Assembly (NCBI GenBank): GCA_002011035.2 | Contig: MTLY02000001.1 | Coordinates: 63,342 to 127,341, forward strand | Source of the DNA: Candidatus Hecatella orcuttiae | Lineage (GTDB): Archaea; Thermoproteota; Bathyarchaeia; Hecatellales; Hecatellaceae | Length of the DNA: 64,000 bases | Direction: 5' to 3' | In this document: piece after piece, positions 18,752-28,139 of the stretch | How the letters are laid out: the number at the start of each line of letters is the position of its first letter | How positions within the stretch are numbered: position 1 is the stretch's first letter | Program-made: the position numbers and the translations under genes | Notes under the pieces: model-generated | What the model saw: the letters and a program-made list of their open reading frames with translations, nothing else | Told to the model about the DNA's origin: nothing | The model's database searches: none

Positions 18752-19672
18752 TCATCTTCTTTTAAGACCCTTCCATCCTCTCTGAACATCCTTCAACATG
18801 GCAGTGTAGTGGAAGATGACTTGCATCTCGGTTTCCAGCTGAGACTTATACCCATAGGGGCCGATGAAACCCAGCTTCTGCCCAGCCACAGCGTTCCCGA
18901 ACATGGCTGCCACAACGGGGTTACCGTACTTCATCAACCCGTAGATATAGCCGGCGGCGAAGGAGTCCCCTGCCCCCGTAGTGTCCACCACCCTCTCTAC
19001 AGGAACCGGGGGAATATGAGCGTGGTAGACGGCCTCTGTTTCGCTATAAACGACCAAAGCCCCTTGGCTTCCCAACGTTATGACCACCTGTTTGATTCCC
19101 TTTTCAATCCACCGCTCCGCCGCCTCCACCATTTCCTCTTCTCCGGCTAAGTTGACTCCCGCGGAATACGCAGCCTCTGTCTCGTTCATTTTGAGGATGT
19201 CGATGTGAGGAAGCCATTCTTCAATATCCGACCAAGCTTGGAGGACCCGGTTGTTTTCCGGGTCGATGGAGTTTGTGGGACCGTGGGCGTCGAAAAGAAT
19301 CAGGCCTGAAGACGCCTTCCTCAGTCTCTCCACAGTGTCTAAGGGAACCTCAAAATCGGTGACTGGAACGAAGATGAAGGCGTCGGATTCGATGAAAGGT
19401 TGAAGGTCTTCAAAGGATATAGGCTTCATCCTGTTAGTCTGCTTCTCTAACCTTTCGCTTTCTGAAATGTACTTCAGAAAGATTCTGTTCGTTCCTTCAG
19501 GCGTAGCCCTGAGCCCTGTTAGGTCAATGTGGCGGTGCAACCCCAGCAAGCGTCGGAGCAGAGGCATATCCTCTTCGCCTACGTTGGCGACAGGGTGGAT
19601 GGTGGAAGGAGGCTGGAGCAGGGAGGCTAAAGCTAGGGTAGGGTAAAGAACGCAGCCATACTGTTCTTTCAC
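18752..19672 (-). CDS. PfkB/ribokinase-family sugar or nucleoside kinase
   Basis: 306 aa with the C-terminal DTTGAGDSFAAGYIYG catalytic motif. Confidence 0.8.
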   Translation of the reverse strand: MKEQYGCVLYPTLALASLLQPPSTIHPVANVGEEDMPLLRRLLGLHRHIDLTGLRATPEGTNRIFLKYISESERLEKQTNRMKPISFEDLQPFIESDAFIFVPVTDFEVPLDTVERLRKASSGLILFDAHGPTNSIDPENNRVLQAWSDIEEWLPHIDILKMNETEAAYSAGVNLAGEEEMVEAAERWIEKGIKQVVITLGSQGALVVYSETEAVYHAHIPPVPVERVVDTTGAGDSFAAGYIYGLMKYGNPVVAAMFGNAVAGQKLGFIGPYGYKSQLETEMQVIFHYTAMLKDVQRGWKGLKRR

Positions 19673-19706
19673 AACCCCTAGATGGGTTTCAATATGGTCG
19701 TAGGGT

Positions 19707-21011
19707 ATGGGTCCCGCTACAACTACCTTAACTACCTTTAAGGCCTCCTCAAGGACGTTAGGTGGCTTTAATAACCAATATTTCTTTTCTTGGATATTAA
19801 AGGTAACGCGTTTCGGTGGAGAAACATTGTCCCTTGTAGGTTTCGCCTCAAACAGGGGATTCGGCCACTGGAGAAGGTTGAGAAACTACCTCACCCTACC
19901 TCCCCTTAAGGATAGAGCGGTGCTGATAGCGCCCATGACGCTGGCCAACCTTTCTTGGGAGGTAGTGAACTCCGTGGGCTACGTGGACGGAGGAGCAAGG
20001 ATGGTGCTGGAAGAAGATGGAAGCCTTCAGACCACGGTGAAATACGACTCTCACCTGCCCTATAAGCCGAGTGTGGAAGGCTATTACCTCATCCCTTGGG
20101 CGCATGCCTACTTGCACAGGGCTCGGATGCTGGTGGTGGACGCTCACAACGAACCTGAGATTGTCTACTGCGATGAGCTTTTCCCTCAGTCCGCCGACAT
20201 CGTCCGCCTCTGCCGGGAGCAAGGCCTGCGAAAGGTGGTCTTCACCCTAGAAACGCAGGTCTTTCGGAAATTACCTCTCCGATACCGGAGAGCTTTTGAA
20301 AAGGTAGACATCCTCCTCGTCCCCTACGAGAAAGAATTTTTCGCCGAATGTGTCTCCCTAGAGCCCTTTGAAGAGTTTGAAGATAAAATGTTCTATGCGG
20401 GAAGCGTGATCAATCCTTCAATCGTCAAAATACTCCGCACTCCCAAGACGAAGGCGAGGGAGATGTTGAAACTGCCAGCCGATAAAACCGTCATCTTTTG
20501 CACCTACGGAAAAGGGGAAGGCGCCCAGCGGATTGTAGAAGCTCTTGTGCAGATTGGAGACGACTTCGCAGCGAAGCATCCCGGCACCCATTTCATAGTG
20601 AGCGACCCCACAGGCAGATTCCGGCAGTCAATGCCCTCCCGGCCTTGGCTGGAATTCATAGGACTAGACTATCAAAAGGCTATGATGACCATGGCTGCCT
20701 GCGATTGCACCATCCAAGGGCTGGGAACAAGCACTCTGCTGGAGGGGTTGGTAGCAGGGAAGCCCATGGTAGCCATCAGCCTTGAAAGACCCTACGAAGA
20801 ACAGGAAGCGAAAGGCAGAGGCGTGGAAAAATTCGGACTAGGAGAGTATCTCCCCATCAGCCAAGTATCACCCCGCAGCATCTCCAACGCCCTCCAAAGA
20901 GTTTTAGAGGAGGGCTACGGAAAAAAATTGAGACAAGCACTCCCAAGAACCCTCGGCAACTTGAAGGGTGCAGAAAAAATAGCTGACCTTTTAGCCTCAA
21001 TCTTGTCGTAG
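19707..21011 (+). CDS. GT-B fold glycosyltransferase-like protein (start uncertain)
   Basis: C-terminal TIQGLGTSTLLEGLVAGKPMVAISL..EEQEAKG resembles MurG/GT1 donor-binding domains. The first ~50 aa of the track ORF look non-coding. Confidence 0.5.
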   Translation: MGPATTTLTTFKASSRTLGGFNNQYFFSWILKVTRFGGETLSLVGFASNRGFGHWRRLRNYLTLPPLKDRAVLIAPMTLANLSWEVVNSVGYVDGGARMVLEEDGSLQTTVKYDSHLPYKPSVEGYYLIPWAHAYLHRARMLVVDAHNEPEIVYCDELFPQSADIVRLCREQGLRKVVFTLETQVFRKLPLRYRRAFEKVDILLVPYEKEFFAECVSLEPFEEFEDKMFYAGSVINPSIVKILRTPKTKAREMLKLPADKTVIFCTYGKGEGAQRIVEALVQIGDDFAAKHPGTHFIVSDPTGRFRQSMPSRPWLEFIGLDYQKAMMTMAACDCTIQGLGTSTLLEGLVAGKPMVAISLERPYEEQEAKGRGVEKFGLGEYLPISQVSPRSISNALQRVLEEGYGKKLRQALPRTLGNLKGAEKIADLLASILS

Positions 21012-21083
21012 CTGAAGCTTTTTGAAATGGAACTTGGAAAGGGCTTCAATGGTAATATGACCCGAACCTGATTATATATAATA

Positions 21084-21575
21084 TTGGTGGCAGAGATGCC
21101 AAGGATGAAAATCTCCTACCTCACCAAGGGATATGAAGGGGAAAAGAAATCTCTCGAAATCTCAGCTGAACCGTACGAATTTATATTGACAACCCGAGGA
21201 TGCTGGGAAAACGTCATCGCCGATGAGGATGTCTTCGTTCAGAAGGGGGAAATCAAGTCCATTAGAATTAAGCCCCTCCAGTTGAAACCTGAGGAAATCG
21301 TGATCTCATGCCCCATCATGCGAAACGCCCTAGGCTGCATCCTCTCCGTGGGAGGCGAAGGCCCGCCCAGAAGGGTGGAGAAACCGCGTAGGTTCACCTT
21401 CGCCCTCTTCGCCGCTTACAGGGAAGGAGAAATTCAGAAAAACGAACTGCTGGGAGTAGTCAACATTCTCTCCACCGCCGTCAGCATCAGCGCCCTAGCT
21501 AGAACGCTTCTGAACATAAGATACTTCGTCACACACTTTACGAAGCCGCCGCAAAAGCCGCGCGGCTCAACGTAA
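21084..21575 (+). CDS. hypothetical protein
   Basis: 163-aa ORF preceded by ATTATATATAATATT. No domain recognised. Confidence 0.35.
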   Translation: MVAEMPRMKISYLTKGYEGEKKSLEISAEPYEFILTTRGCWENVIADEDVFVQKGEIKSIRIKPLQLKPEEIVISCPIMRNALGCILSVGGEGPPRRVEKPRRFTFALFAAYREGEIQKNELLGVVNILSTAVSISALARTLLNIRYFVTHFTKPPQKPRGST

Positions 21576-21749
21576 CAGAAAAGAAACAGCCAAAACCTAT
21601 CCACCGCCATCGGGCATGATGAAGATTTAATCAAAAGCCCCCATGAAGCAAAAGAATTCAGAAGCATCAGTGTAGCGACTTATGTTGGAGTTGGATGGAA
21701 AGTTTACTAAAATTGCGTATTAACATAATTTTCAAAACTGATAAACTTA

Positions 21750-21913
21750 TGGCGGGCCCGGAGGGATTTGAACCCTCGACCACTCCCCGAGGCGTCCGAG
21801 AAACAGGCCTCTACGGGTTTCACCCAGCGGCTAAGAGCTGCAGCCTGCCTAGGCAGTCCGCCGCTCCACCTTTTCAGGGCATTTCCTAGGAAGCCTGACT
21901 GAGCCACGGGCCC
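21750..21913 (-). tRNA. tRNA gene with multiple intervening sequences; tentative anticodon CUU (Lys); CCA encoded
   Basis: Read on the minus strand: acceptor GGGCCCG/CGGGCCC, discriminator G plus CCA, D stem GCTC/GAGC, T arm GAGGG-TTCAAAT-CCCTC. It is 164 nt long where about 77 nt is expected. A CTCTTAG loop is flanked by GGCGG/CCGCT. Confidence 0.75.
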
Positions 21914-22018
21914 TTCTAAAGTTAGAATGGCAACCCGTAAACTTTTAAGGTTTTTTCCCCAAGCTGCTGAAAACATTGCATACTCAAACAGCAGTTTGGC
22001 GGTCCTAGAACAGCCGTG

Positions 22019-22285
22019 TTATCCTCCGCCGGCAAAAGGCCTTATGGTTATCTGCTTCTCCTCGTTTCCTTTTAACTCTTCTTTAGGATTAACTATTCGA
22101 TCGTTTACGACGACAAAATACGGAAATACTCCTTCAGACGAAGAGTCTGGAAGGTTTAAGACTAAGCCTTTTTCCTTCGTGGCTTTCAGTATAGCCTCGA
22201 TTATCTTCGTTCCCTCCGGCACTTCAAGGGTTACGTATTGCTGGCTTCGTGCACTCAATCCGTAGGCTTTGATCGCAACTTTCAT
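22019..22285 (-). CDS. MoaD/ThiS/SAMP-type ubiquitin-like beta-grasp protein
   Basis: 88 aa ending in ...RPFAGGG (C-terminal Gly-Gly). Divergent from the molybdenum hydroxylase operon. Confidence 0.6.
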   Translation of the reverse strand: MKVAIKAYGLSARSQQYVTLEVPEGTKIIEAILKATKEKGLVLNLPDSSSEGVFPYFVVVNDRIVNPKEELKGNEEKQITIRPFAGGG

Positions 22286-22456
22286 AAACAGGGACTACCC
22301 CCTTTGTTTTTTTCATGGTGCTTCTCTTAAATTTTATGCTTTGACAATAAACATCACACTCATGTCTTTGTCAGAAAAGGCAGAGCCTTTACCTTTCTAC
22401 TGCTCTCTCAACTTCCTTTTACGTTAAGCCGTCTGAAAAATTTAAATAATGAAAAA

Positions 22457-22987
22457 ATGGAAACAAATAATAGGTTGGTGATACTATTGGCGACCATTAC
22501 AAAGAAAACCGTGAAATTAACGGTAAACGGCGTAGAATGCGAAGTAGAAGTTGACGTCAACGAGGTGTTAGCAAAAGTTCTGCGAGAAAAACTGGGATTA
22601 ACCGGTACAAAAATTGGCTGCGAAAGCGGAGAATGCGGAGCCTGCACAGTTCTAATAGATGGACAACCCAAGCTTTCATGCCTGATTCTCGCCATCGAAT
22701 GCGAAGGGAAAAAAATATTGACCGTAGAAGGTCTTTCAGACCCTGAAACTGGAAAGCTGCATCCCATCCAAGAAGCCTTCATAGAAAATTTTGGGTTTCA
22801 ATGCGGCTTCTGTACACCGGGATTTCTTATGGTGACTAAAGCTCTGCTGGATAAAAAAACTGGAGAAAAACTCACGGATGAGGAAATACGACTTGCCATT
22901 GCAGGAAATATCTGCAGGTGCGGTGATTACTACCATATTATCGAGTCGATCAAAGCGGCTGCAGAAAAAATGAAAAGATTTTCTTGA
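22457..22987 (+). CDS. [2Fe-2S]-binding small subunit of a molybdenum hydroxylase (CoxS/XdhC-type)
   Basis: Motifs CESGECGACTV and QCGFCTPG..CRCG. GTG at 22511 (MKLTVNG...) is the more typical start. Confidence 0.9.
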   Translation: METNNRLVILLATITKKTVKLTVNGVECEVEVDVNEVLAKVLREKLGLTGTKIGCESGECGACTVLIDGQPKLSCLILAIECEGKKILTVEGLSDPETGKLHPIQEAFIENFGFQCGFCTPGFLMVTKALLDKKTGEKLTDEEIRLAIAGNICRCGDYYHIIESIKAAAEKMKRFS

Positions 22988-23001
22988 GGAGGTGGCGGTA
23001 A

Positions 23002-25359
23002 TTGATTGAATGGAAAGTTTATCCGGCGAAAGGCGCGCAGGAATTTAAATGGATTGGAAAATCTATCCCTCGAAAAGAATCTTATGAGAAAGTTACAGGG
23101 GCTGCTAAATTTGTCGCTGACATGAAAGCTGACCTTTGCGCGAAAATCTTGAGGAGCCCCCATCCCCATGCGATAATAAAAAACATAGATACCAGTGAAG
23201 CTGAAAAGCTTCCCGGTGTAGCCGCCATAATCACCCACAAAGATGTACCAAAAAGGCTACTCCCTCGAAGCAGCGCTAGAGCTTGCTACATTTTGGAGGA
23301 TCATGTGCGTTACGTAGGCGATGAAGTGGCGGCGGTAGCGGCTGTAAGCGAGGAAGTGGCGGATGAAGCATTAGACCTGATAAAAGTTGAATACGAGGTC
23401 TTGCCCGCCGTGTTCGACCCGGAAGAAGCAGCTCGGGAAGACGCGCCGAAGTTGTATCCTGAAGGCAACGTCTACGGCCCTCTAGGCGGGACTATCGTGG
23501 AGAAGGGTATACGTGAACCTACAGTGCTTGAATGGGGAGACCTTGACAAAGGCTTTAAGGAAGCTGACGTAATAGTGGAAGATAAATTTGTGGTAAAACC
23601 GCAGATACACGCACCTTTAGAGCCTCATGTTTGTTTGGCTCAATGGGAAGGAGACCGGCTGACGCTCTGGGTCGCTACGCAGACGAAACATGAGATCATT
23701 GATAGCCTCTCCTACGTGTTCGAGATGCCGTCAAGCAAGATCAGAGTCATATCGAGGTATGTAGGAGGAGGGTTTGGGTCAAAATACATCGAAAGATACA
23801 TTCCCATTGCAGCCTTGCTGTCCAAAAAAGCAAAAGGTAAATCGGTAAAGCTGGTGTACACAAGGGAAGAGGAACAATGTCATACAAAGCGAGCAGGCCA
23901 GAAAATATACGTTAAGATCGGCGCCAAAAAGGACGGAACTTTCACTGCCATTCACTTCAAAACCTACTGCGATATCGGAGGCTACGGAAATTCTGTCAGT
24001 GGAAGTTGCCAATTTTGGGAAGAAGCGCCAGCTATTTCTTATAAAGCGGAAAATGCTCGATTTGAAGCTTGGGATGTGCATGTGAACTATTTCAGCACCC
24101 AGCCGTTCCGTTCGGTGCAGGTGCCAAGTACAAATTTCGCTTTAGAGCAAGTCATCGATCAGGTTGCTGAAAAACTTGGAAAAGACCCCGCGGAGATCAG
24201 GCTGAAAAACATGCCTGAAACGGGGGACGTTGTGCCTCCTAAACCCTACAAGAATCCCTTCTACCCCAGAGCCGCCTTGGATACCTATCCCTCCAAAAAA
24301 ATGCTACAAGAAGTCTTGAAAGAGATAGGATGGAAAGAGAAGTGGAAAGGTTGGGGGAAACCTGTAGCCGTAGAAGGATCGAAAAGGAGAGGAATAGGCC
24401 TAGCCTACTCGGCTGCTTGGGGAGGGTTTAACTACGATGGATTAATGACCATGACCGTCACCATGTATCCGGACGGTTCGCTTACGATCCTTTCAGGCAC
24501 CCAGGATCTAGGCACAGGTTCCAATACAACTTTGTGCATGATAGCCGCGGAACATCTTGGAATATCCTTGGAGGAGGTCAGCATAATCGCCGACGATACG
24601 GCTGTAGGGCAGTTTGACTACTATGAAGCCAGGTCAAGCCGGACGTTGACTATCGGGGGACACATGCTCCTACTCGCCATCGAAGACGCGAAACGGAAGA
24701 TTTGCGAGACAGTAGCCCCGAAACTTGAGGTGCCTCCGGAAAACTTAGAAGTCAAAGAGAAAAAAGTCTACGTTAAAAATGATCCTAAAAGAATGATTCC
24801 TCTCACAGAAGCCATCACTTCAACAGTGGTTGGCACTGCATCAGGTCCTCCGGGAAGCGAATTCCCTGAAATCGAGCCCGGGTTCAAATGGCGTAACCCT
24901 CTAGTTTCAGCGGCGGAAGTTGAAGTTGACGTTGAAACAGGAGAAGTTAAAATAGTAAAACTGGTTCCCAGCTACTGCCCAGGGAGAATGGTAAATCCCA
25001 AGATTGTGATAGGGCAATATTTGGGAGGAGCATTATGTCAAGGGGTAGGTATGGCTCTCTACGAGAATTTCAACTTCGACGAAAAGAACAACGTCTATGT
25101 CAGCAGAAACTTCTTAGACTATAAAATCCCGCGAGCGACAGAAATGTACGAAGTAAAACCTGTCATAATAGAGGAAGTCAAAGACCGGCCTCCACACGTA
25201 GGACCCCCCTACGGGGTGAGAGGTGTCGGAGAATGGGGAATAGGCGTCATTGTCCCTGTTATTGCCAATGCCATTTACAATGCTCTAGGCGTTAGGGTTA
25301 AACGCTGCCCGATGACAAGCGAGGTCGTTTTAGAGGCGCTGAGAGGGGGGAAAGAGTAG
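23002..25359 (+). CDS. molybdopterin-binding large subunit, xanthine dehydrogenase/aldehyde oxidoreductase family
   Basis: 785 aa. TTG start 8 nt after GAGGAGGTGG. Has the GGGFG motif (YVGGGFGSK) and overall CoxL/XDH-like sequence. The form-I CO-dehydrogenase loop was not seen. Confidence 0.9.
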   Translation: MIEWKVYPAKGAQEFKWIGKSIPRKESYEKVTGAAKFVADMKADLCAKILRSPHPHAIIKNIDTSEAEKLPGVAAIITHKDVPKRLLPRSSARACYILEDHVRYVGDEVAAVAAVSEEVADEALDLIKVEYEVLPAVFDPEEAAREDAPKLYPEGNVYGPLGGTIVEKGIREPTVLEWGDLDKGFKEADVIVEDKFVVKPQIHAPLEPHVCLAQWEGDRLTLWVATQTKHEIIDSLSYVFEMPSSKIRVISRYVGGGFGSKYIERYIPIAALLSKKAKGKSVKLVYTREEEQCHTKRAGQKIYVKIGAKKDGTFTAIHFKTYCDIGGYGNSVSGSCQFWEEAPAISYKAENARFEAWDVHVNYFSTQPFRSVQVPSTNFALEQVIDQVAEKLGKDPAEIRLKNMPETGDVVPPKPYKNPFYPRAALDTYPSKKMLQEVLKEIGWKEKWKGWGKPVAVEGSKRRGIGLAYSAAWGGFNYDGLMTMTVTMYPDGSLTILSGTQDLGTGSNTTLCMIAAEHLGISLEEVSIIADDTAVGQFDYYEARSSRTLTIGGHMLLLAIEDAKRKICETVAPKLEVPPENLEVKEKKVYVKNDPKRMIPLTEAITSTVVGTASGPPGSEFPEIEPGFKWRNPLVSAAEVEVDVETGEVKIVKLVPSYCPGRMVNPKIVIGQYLGGALCQGVGMALYENFNFDEKNNVYVSRNFLDYKIPRATEMYEVKPVIIEEVKDRPPHVGPPYGVRGVGEWGIGVIVPVIANAIYNALGVRVKRCPMTSEVVLEALRGGKE

Positions 25360-26244
25360 ATGCCATTTATAATGAAAAGGCCCTTGAAGAAATTCGAATA
25401 CGTGGCTCCTTCGAAGCTTGAGGACGCATTAGCTATCCTTGGAAAACTCGGCGAGAAAGCCGCGATATTGGCAGGAGGAACAGACCTTCTGGTATTCATG
25501 AAAGACAGGGCGATTATGCCCCAATGCATTATAAACATCAAAAACATAGCCGGGATGGATTATATAAAGGAGACAGAAGAAGGGGGATTGGCGATAGGCG
25601 CCCTCACCCCCATCATCAAAATAAACGAGTCCAAGCTGATCAAGCAGAAATATCCCTCGCTTCACGAATGTACCACAAAAGCATTTCACAGTTGGCAGAT
25701 CAGAAACATGGCTACAATAGGGGGAAACATTTGTCGAAGCTCCCCTGCTGCGGATGCTGTACCTCCCTTAATGACCTATGATGCGGAAGTGAAACTGGTC
25801 GGGCAAAAAAGTGAGCGGAGAGTATTGTTAGAAAAATTCTTCCTCGGCCCTAACAAAAACGTGCTAGATCGGGAAATTTTGACAGAGATAATAATACCCC
25901 CGCAGAAAGGAAACTGCGGAATGGCTTTCGAAAGCATGAAACGAGTCTCCGTGGACTTGTGCAAATTGAACTGCGCTGTGAAAATTGTGCTTGAGGGCAA
26001 TACATGCAAAGACATCAGAATAGCCCTCGGCGCCGTAGCTCCCACACCCATCAGAGCAAAAAAAGTTGAAGAAACCGTGAGAGATAAAGAAGTTACCGAC
26101 GAGCTCATCGAGAAAGCTTCTCAAAAAGTCGTCGAAGACATCTCCCCAATAACCGATGCTAGGTCAACCGCTGAATACCGGAAACAGGTTAGCGTGGTAA
26201 TGGTCAGAAGATTGATAAAGCAAGCAGTTCAACGTGCAAAATAA
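25360..26244 (+). CDS. FAD-binding medium subunit (CoxM/XdhB-type)
   Basis: 294 aa. ILAGGTDL and ATIGGNI motifs. The ATG directly abuts the upstream TAG. Confidence 0.9.
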   Translation: MPFIMKRPLKKFEYVAPSKLEDALAILGKLGEKAAILAGGTDLLVFMKDRAIMPQCIINIKNIAGMDYIKETEEGGLAIGALTPIIKINESKLIKQKYPSLHECTTKAFHSWQIRNMATIGGNICRSSPAADAVPPLMTYDAEVKLVGQKSERRVLLEKFFLGPNKNVLDREILTEIIIPPQKGNCGMAFESMKRVSVDLCKLNCAVKIVLEGNTCKDIRIALGAVAPTPIRAKKVEETVRDKEVTDELIEKASQKVVEDISPITDARSTAEYRKQVSVVMVRRLIKQAVQRAK

Positions 26245-26278
26245 TATCTCTAACCCAAAGTTAGGAAAAATTTAAATC

Positions 26279-26734
26279 GTGGATCACGCCTATCACTTCC
26301 GATGCAAAATGGGTAAAAGAATAGCCATAAATCCAAAAGGTGTTTGGGATCCTTCCCAAGGTCCAGATGCGAAAGTAAGCAAGTTTCCAGTTGGCTGGTC
26401 ACAGGTTGCCATAAAGGGAAACTTTATTTTCATATCAGGTCAAGTTGGAGCCAACGAGAAAGGCGAAATGCCCCTCGACCTTAAAAGCCAGATGGAGTTG
26501 ACCTACGAGAACATTGACAAATGCTTAAAGGCTGCAGGCGCCACATGGGATGACGTTGTTTTCATGACCATCTACGGAACGTCTCTTGACGTAGAGTTCT
26601 ACAACATCTGGCGTGAAGTCCAAGCGAAGTACATTTCCGGGCCGCCATTCCCAGCTTTAACAGGTGTAGGTTGCGCTCGCCTCACTTGGCCAAACCAGAA
26701 AGTTGAATTGGATGTAATAGCCATTAAGGATTAA
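26279..26734 (+). CDS. RidA/YjgF/L-PSP family protein
   Basis: 151-aa ORF, likely starting at Met11. The FISGQVG..., ...MTIY... pattern and C-terminal VELDVIA are typical of RidA. Confidence 0.75.
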   Translation: MDHAYHFRCKMGKRIAINPKGVWDPSQGPDAKVSKFPVGWSQVAIKGNFIFISGQVGANEKGEMPLDLKSQMELTYENIDKCLKAAGATWDDVVFMTIYGTSLDVEFYNIWREVQAKYISGPPFPALTGVGCARLTWPNQKVELDVIAIKD

Positions 26735-26743
26735 AGCTTCACC

Positions 26744-26765
26744 TTTTTTTTTTTTAAAAAAAAAA
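26744..26765. terminator. T12-A10 tract; candidate bidirectional oligo-T terminator between convergent genes
   Basis: 12 T (26744-26755) directly followed by 10 A (26756-26765). It sits 10 nt after the RidA stop and 18 nt after the stop of the minus-strand hydrolase gene. Confidence 0.55.
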
Positions 26766-26782
26766 GGGAAAAATTAACTGTT

Positions 26783-27907
26783 TTAATACGAAAGAATTCG
26801 CTTCGGGTTATCTATCATCATAGTGCGAATTTGCTTTTTAGATACCCCCATGTATCTCAGCCTAGGAACGATGTGTTTCAGTATATGCGCGTAGCCCCAG
26901 CCTCCATATTTCACCCTTTGAAGTTTTGTGAAAACATCTTGGGACATCATGAGCTGTTTTTCATAGCCTTGGTCGCATAGTTCTGCAATGGCCAGTAACC
27001 GCTCATTATCGCTGACGAATAAAGCTCCAGGCCACAGGCTGTTCCACCAGCTTTCATTGCCAATGGTGTCATATTCCAAGATTATTGGATATTTATCCAT
27101 GAGTTTTTTATGAAATTCAACGTTAACTTTGGATCTGTCATCACTACAAGTCAAGTCCATGTGACTCATATAGAACTTTTCTAGATTCGCTCCTTCCTTT
27201 TCTATCATCTTTATTATATTCTCCTGGTCAAAGACTTTCTTTTTCTTCTCCACGTCTAGAAGCGTTGGATGTATGGTGAAGGGCGCTCCCGTTTCTTTCT
27301 GAGCCCGAGCTGCCCCTCTGAATACTTTTTCCTCTTCTTCCGATATGGGGTAAAGAGTAGCGCATTTTATGACGCCTGCTTTTATTTCGGTTTCAACCGG
27401 ATAGCTTATGCCCTCCGTTAACTCCTTCACGATGAAGTCGCGCACTCCGTCAATGTCCATTTTCTTTACCAAAGGCGGGTGAGATAAACCGATGTAGAAG
27501 CCTGAAGGACAAATTATGTTGATGCCTGTAGCTTGGGAGATTTTCCTCAGGGCTAACGGATCCCTTCCTACTCCCGGGCAAGTCAACTCCACTAAGCTGT
27601 TGCCACCCCAGTGTTTGAATTCCATCAATTCCTCAATAGCTTCATCCACGTCAAGCATTGTCAAATTGTTGCAAGATACACCGGCATCCCGCAGAAGATC
27701 CCCCCGATTCGCCAAGGTTATCGGCGCGTCGACCAGCGCTCTTTTCCTTCCTTCATCAGGAGCCGTATGCCAAACTGTAAATGTGCAGATGAGATGCTCA
27801 TGGGGTAGTGTTAACTTCAACTCTTCCGGCGAAATAGGACCGTTAACAGTTTCCACCCTAGCCATGTGTCCACACCTCCAGATTTCCATGAGTAGCGAGG
27901 TTTCCAT
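26783..27907 (-). CDS. phosphotriesterase-like (PTE/PLL, amidohydrolase superfamily) hydrolase
   Basis: 374-aa ORF, likely starting at MARVETV. An N-terminal TLPHEHL (HxH) metal motif and a TIM-barrel-like length. Confidence 0.7.
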   Translation of the reverse strand: METSLLMEIWRCGHMARVETVNGPISPEELKLTLPHEHLICTFTVWHTAPDEGRKRALVDAPITLANRGDLLRDAGVSCNNLTMLDVDEAIEELMEFKHWGGNSLVELTCPGVGRDPLALRKISQATGINIICPSGFYIGLSHPPLVKKMDIDGVRDFIVKELTEGISYPVETEIKAGVIKCATLYPISEEEEKVFRGAARAQKETGAPFTIHPTLLDVEKKKKVFDQENIIKMIEKEGANLEKFYMSHMDLTCSDDRSKVNVEFHKKLMDKYPIILEYDTIGNESWWNSLWPGALFVSDNERLLAIAELCDQGYEKQLMMSQDVFTKLQRVKYGGWGYAHILKHIVPRLRYMGVSKKQIRTMMIDNPKRILSY

Positions 27908-28139
27908 CCCTCAACTTCAGGGAGCACAATTGAGTAATACCCTCCATTCAATTAATCAGCTTAGTTTGCATGTCGCTTAAAAATATTTTGCACACTCCAA
28001 TGAGAAGCCTTCCTGAGCCAACTTCGATGAAGATTTTTTAAAGGTTCTTTGGTGAATGTGAACTTCTCCCGTAACCTATTTAAAGTAGAACGGTGAATTT
28101 TTCAATCGCGTATTTCGTGACATCATCGGATGAAGCCCT

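Noticed and set aside
21616-21680. ATGATGA (C-box-like) in the spacer after ORF 21084..21575 as a possible C/D box sRNA
   Set aside because: No properly spaced CTGA D or D' boxes or terminal stem on either strand.
21434-21976. Minus-strand ORFs 21434..21667 and 21707..21976, and plus-strand ORF 21695..21889
   Set aside because: 21707..21976 and 21695..21889 overlap the tRNA gene, and 21434..21667 overlaps the 3' end of the 21084..21575 ORF and the spacer. None has domain similarity. The tRNA explains the conservation-like GC-rich sequence.
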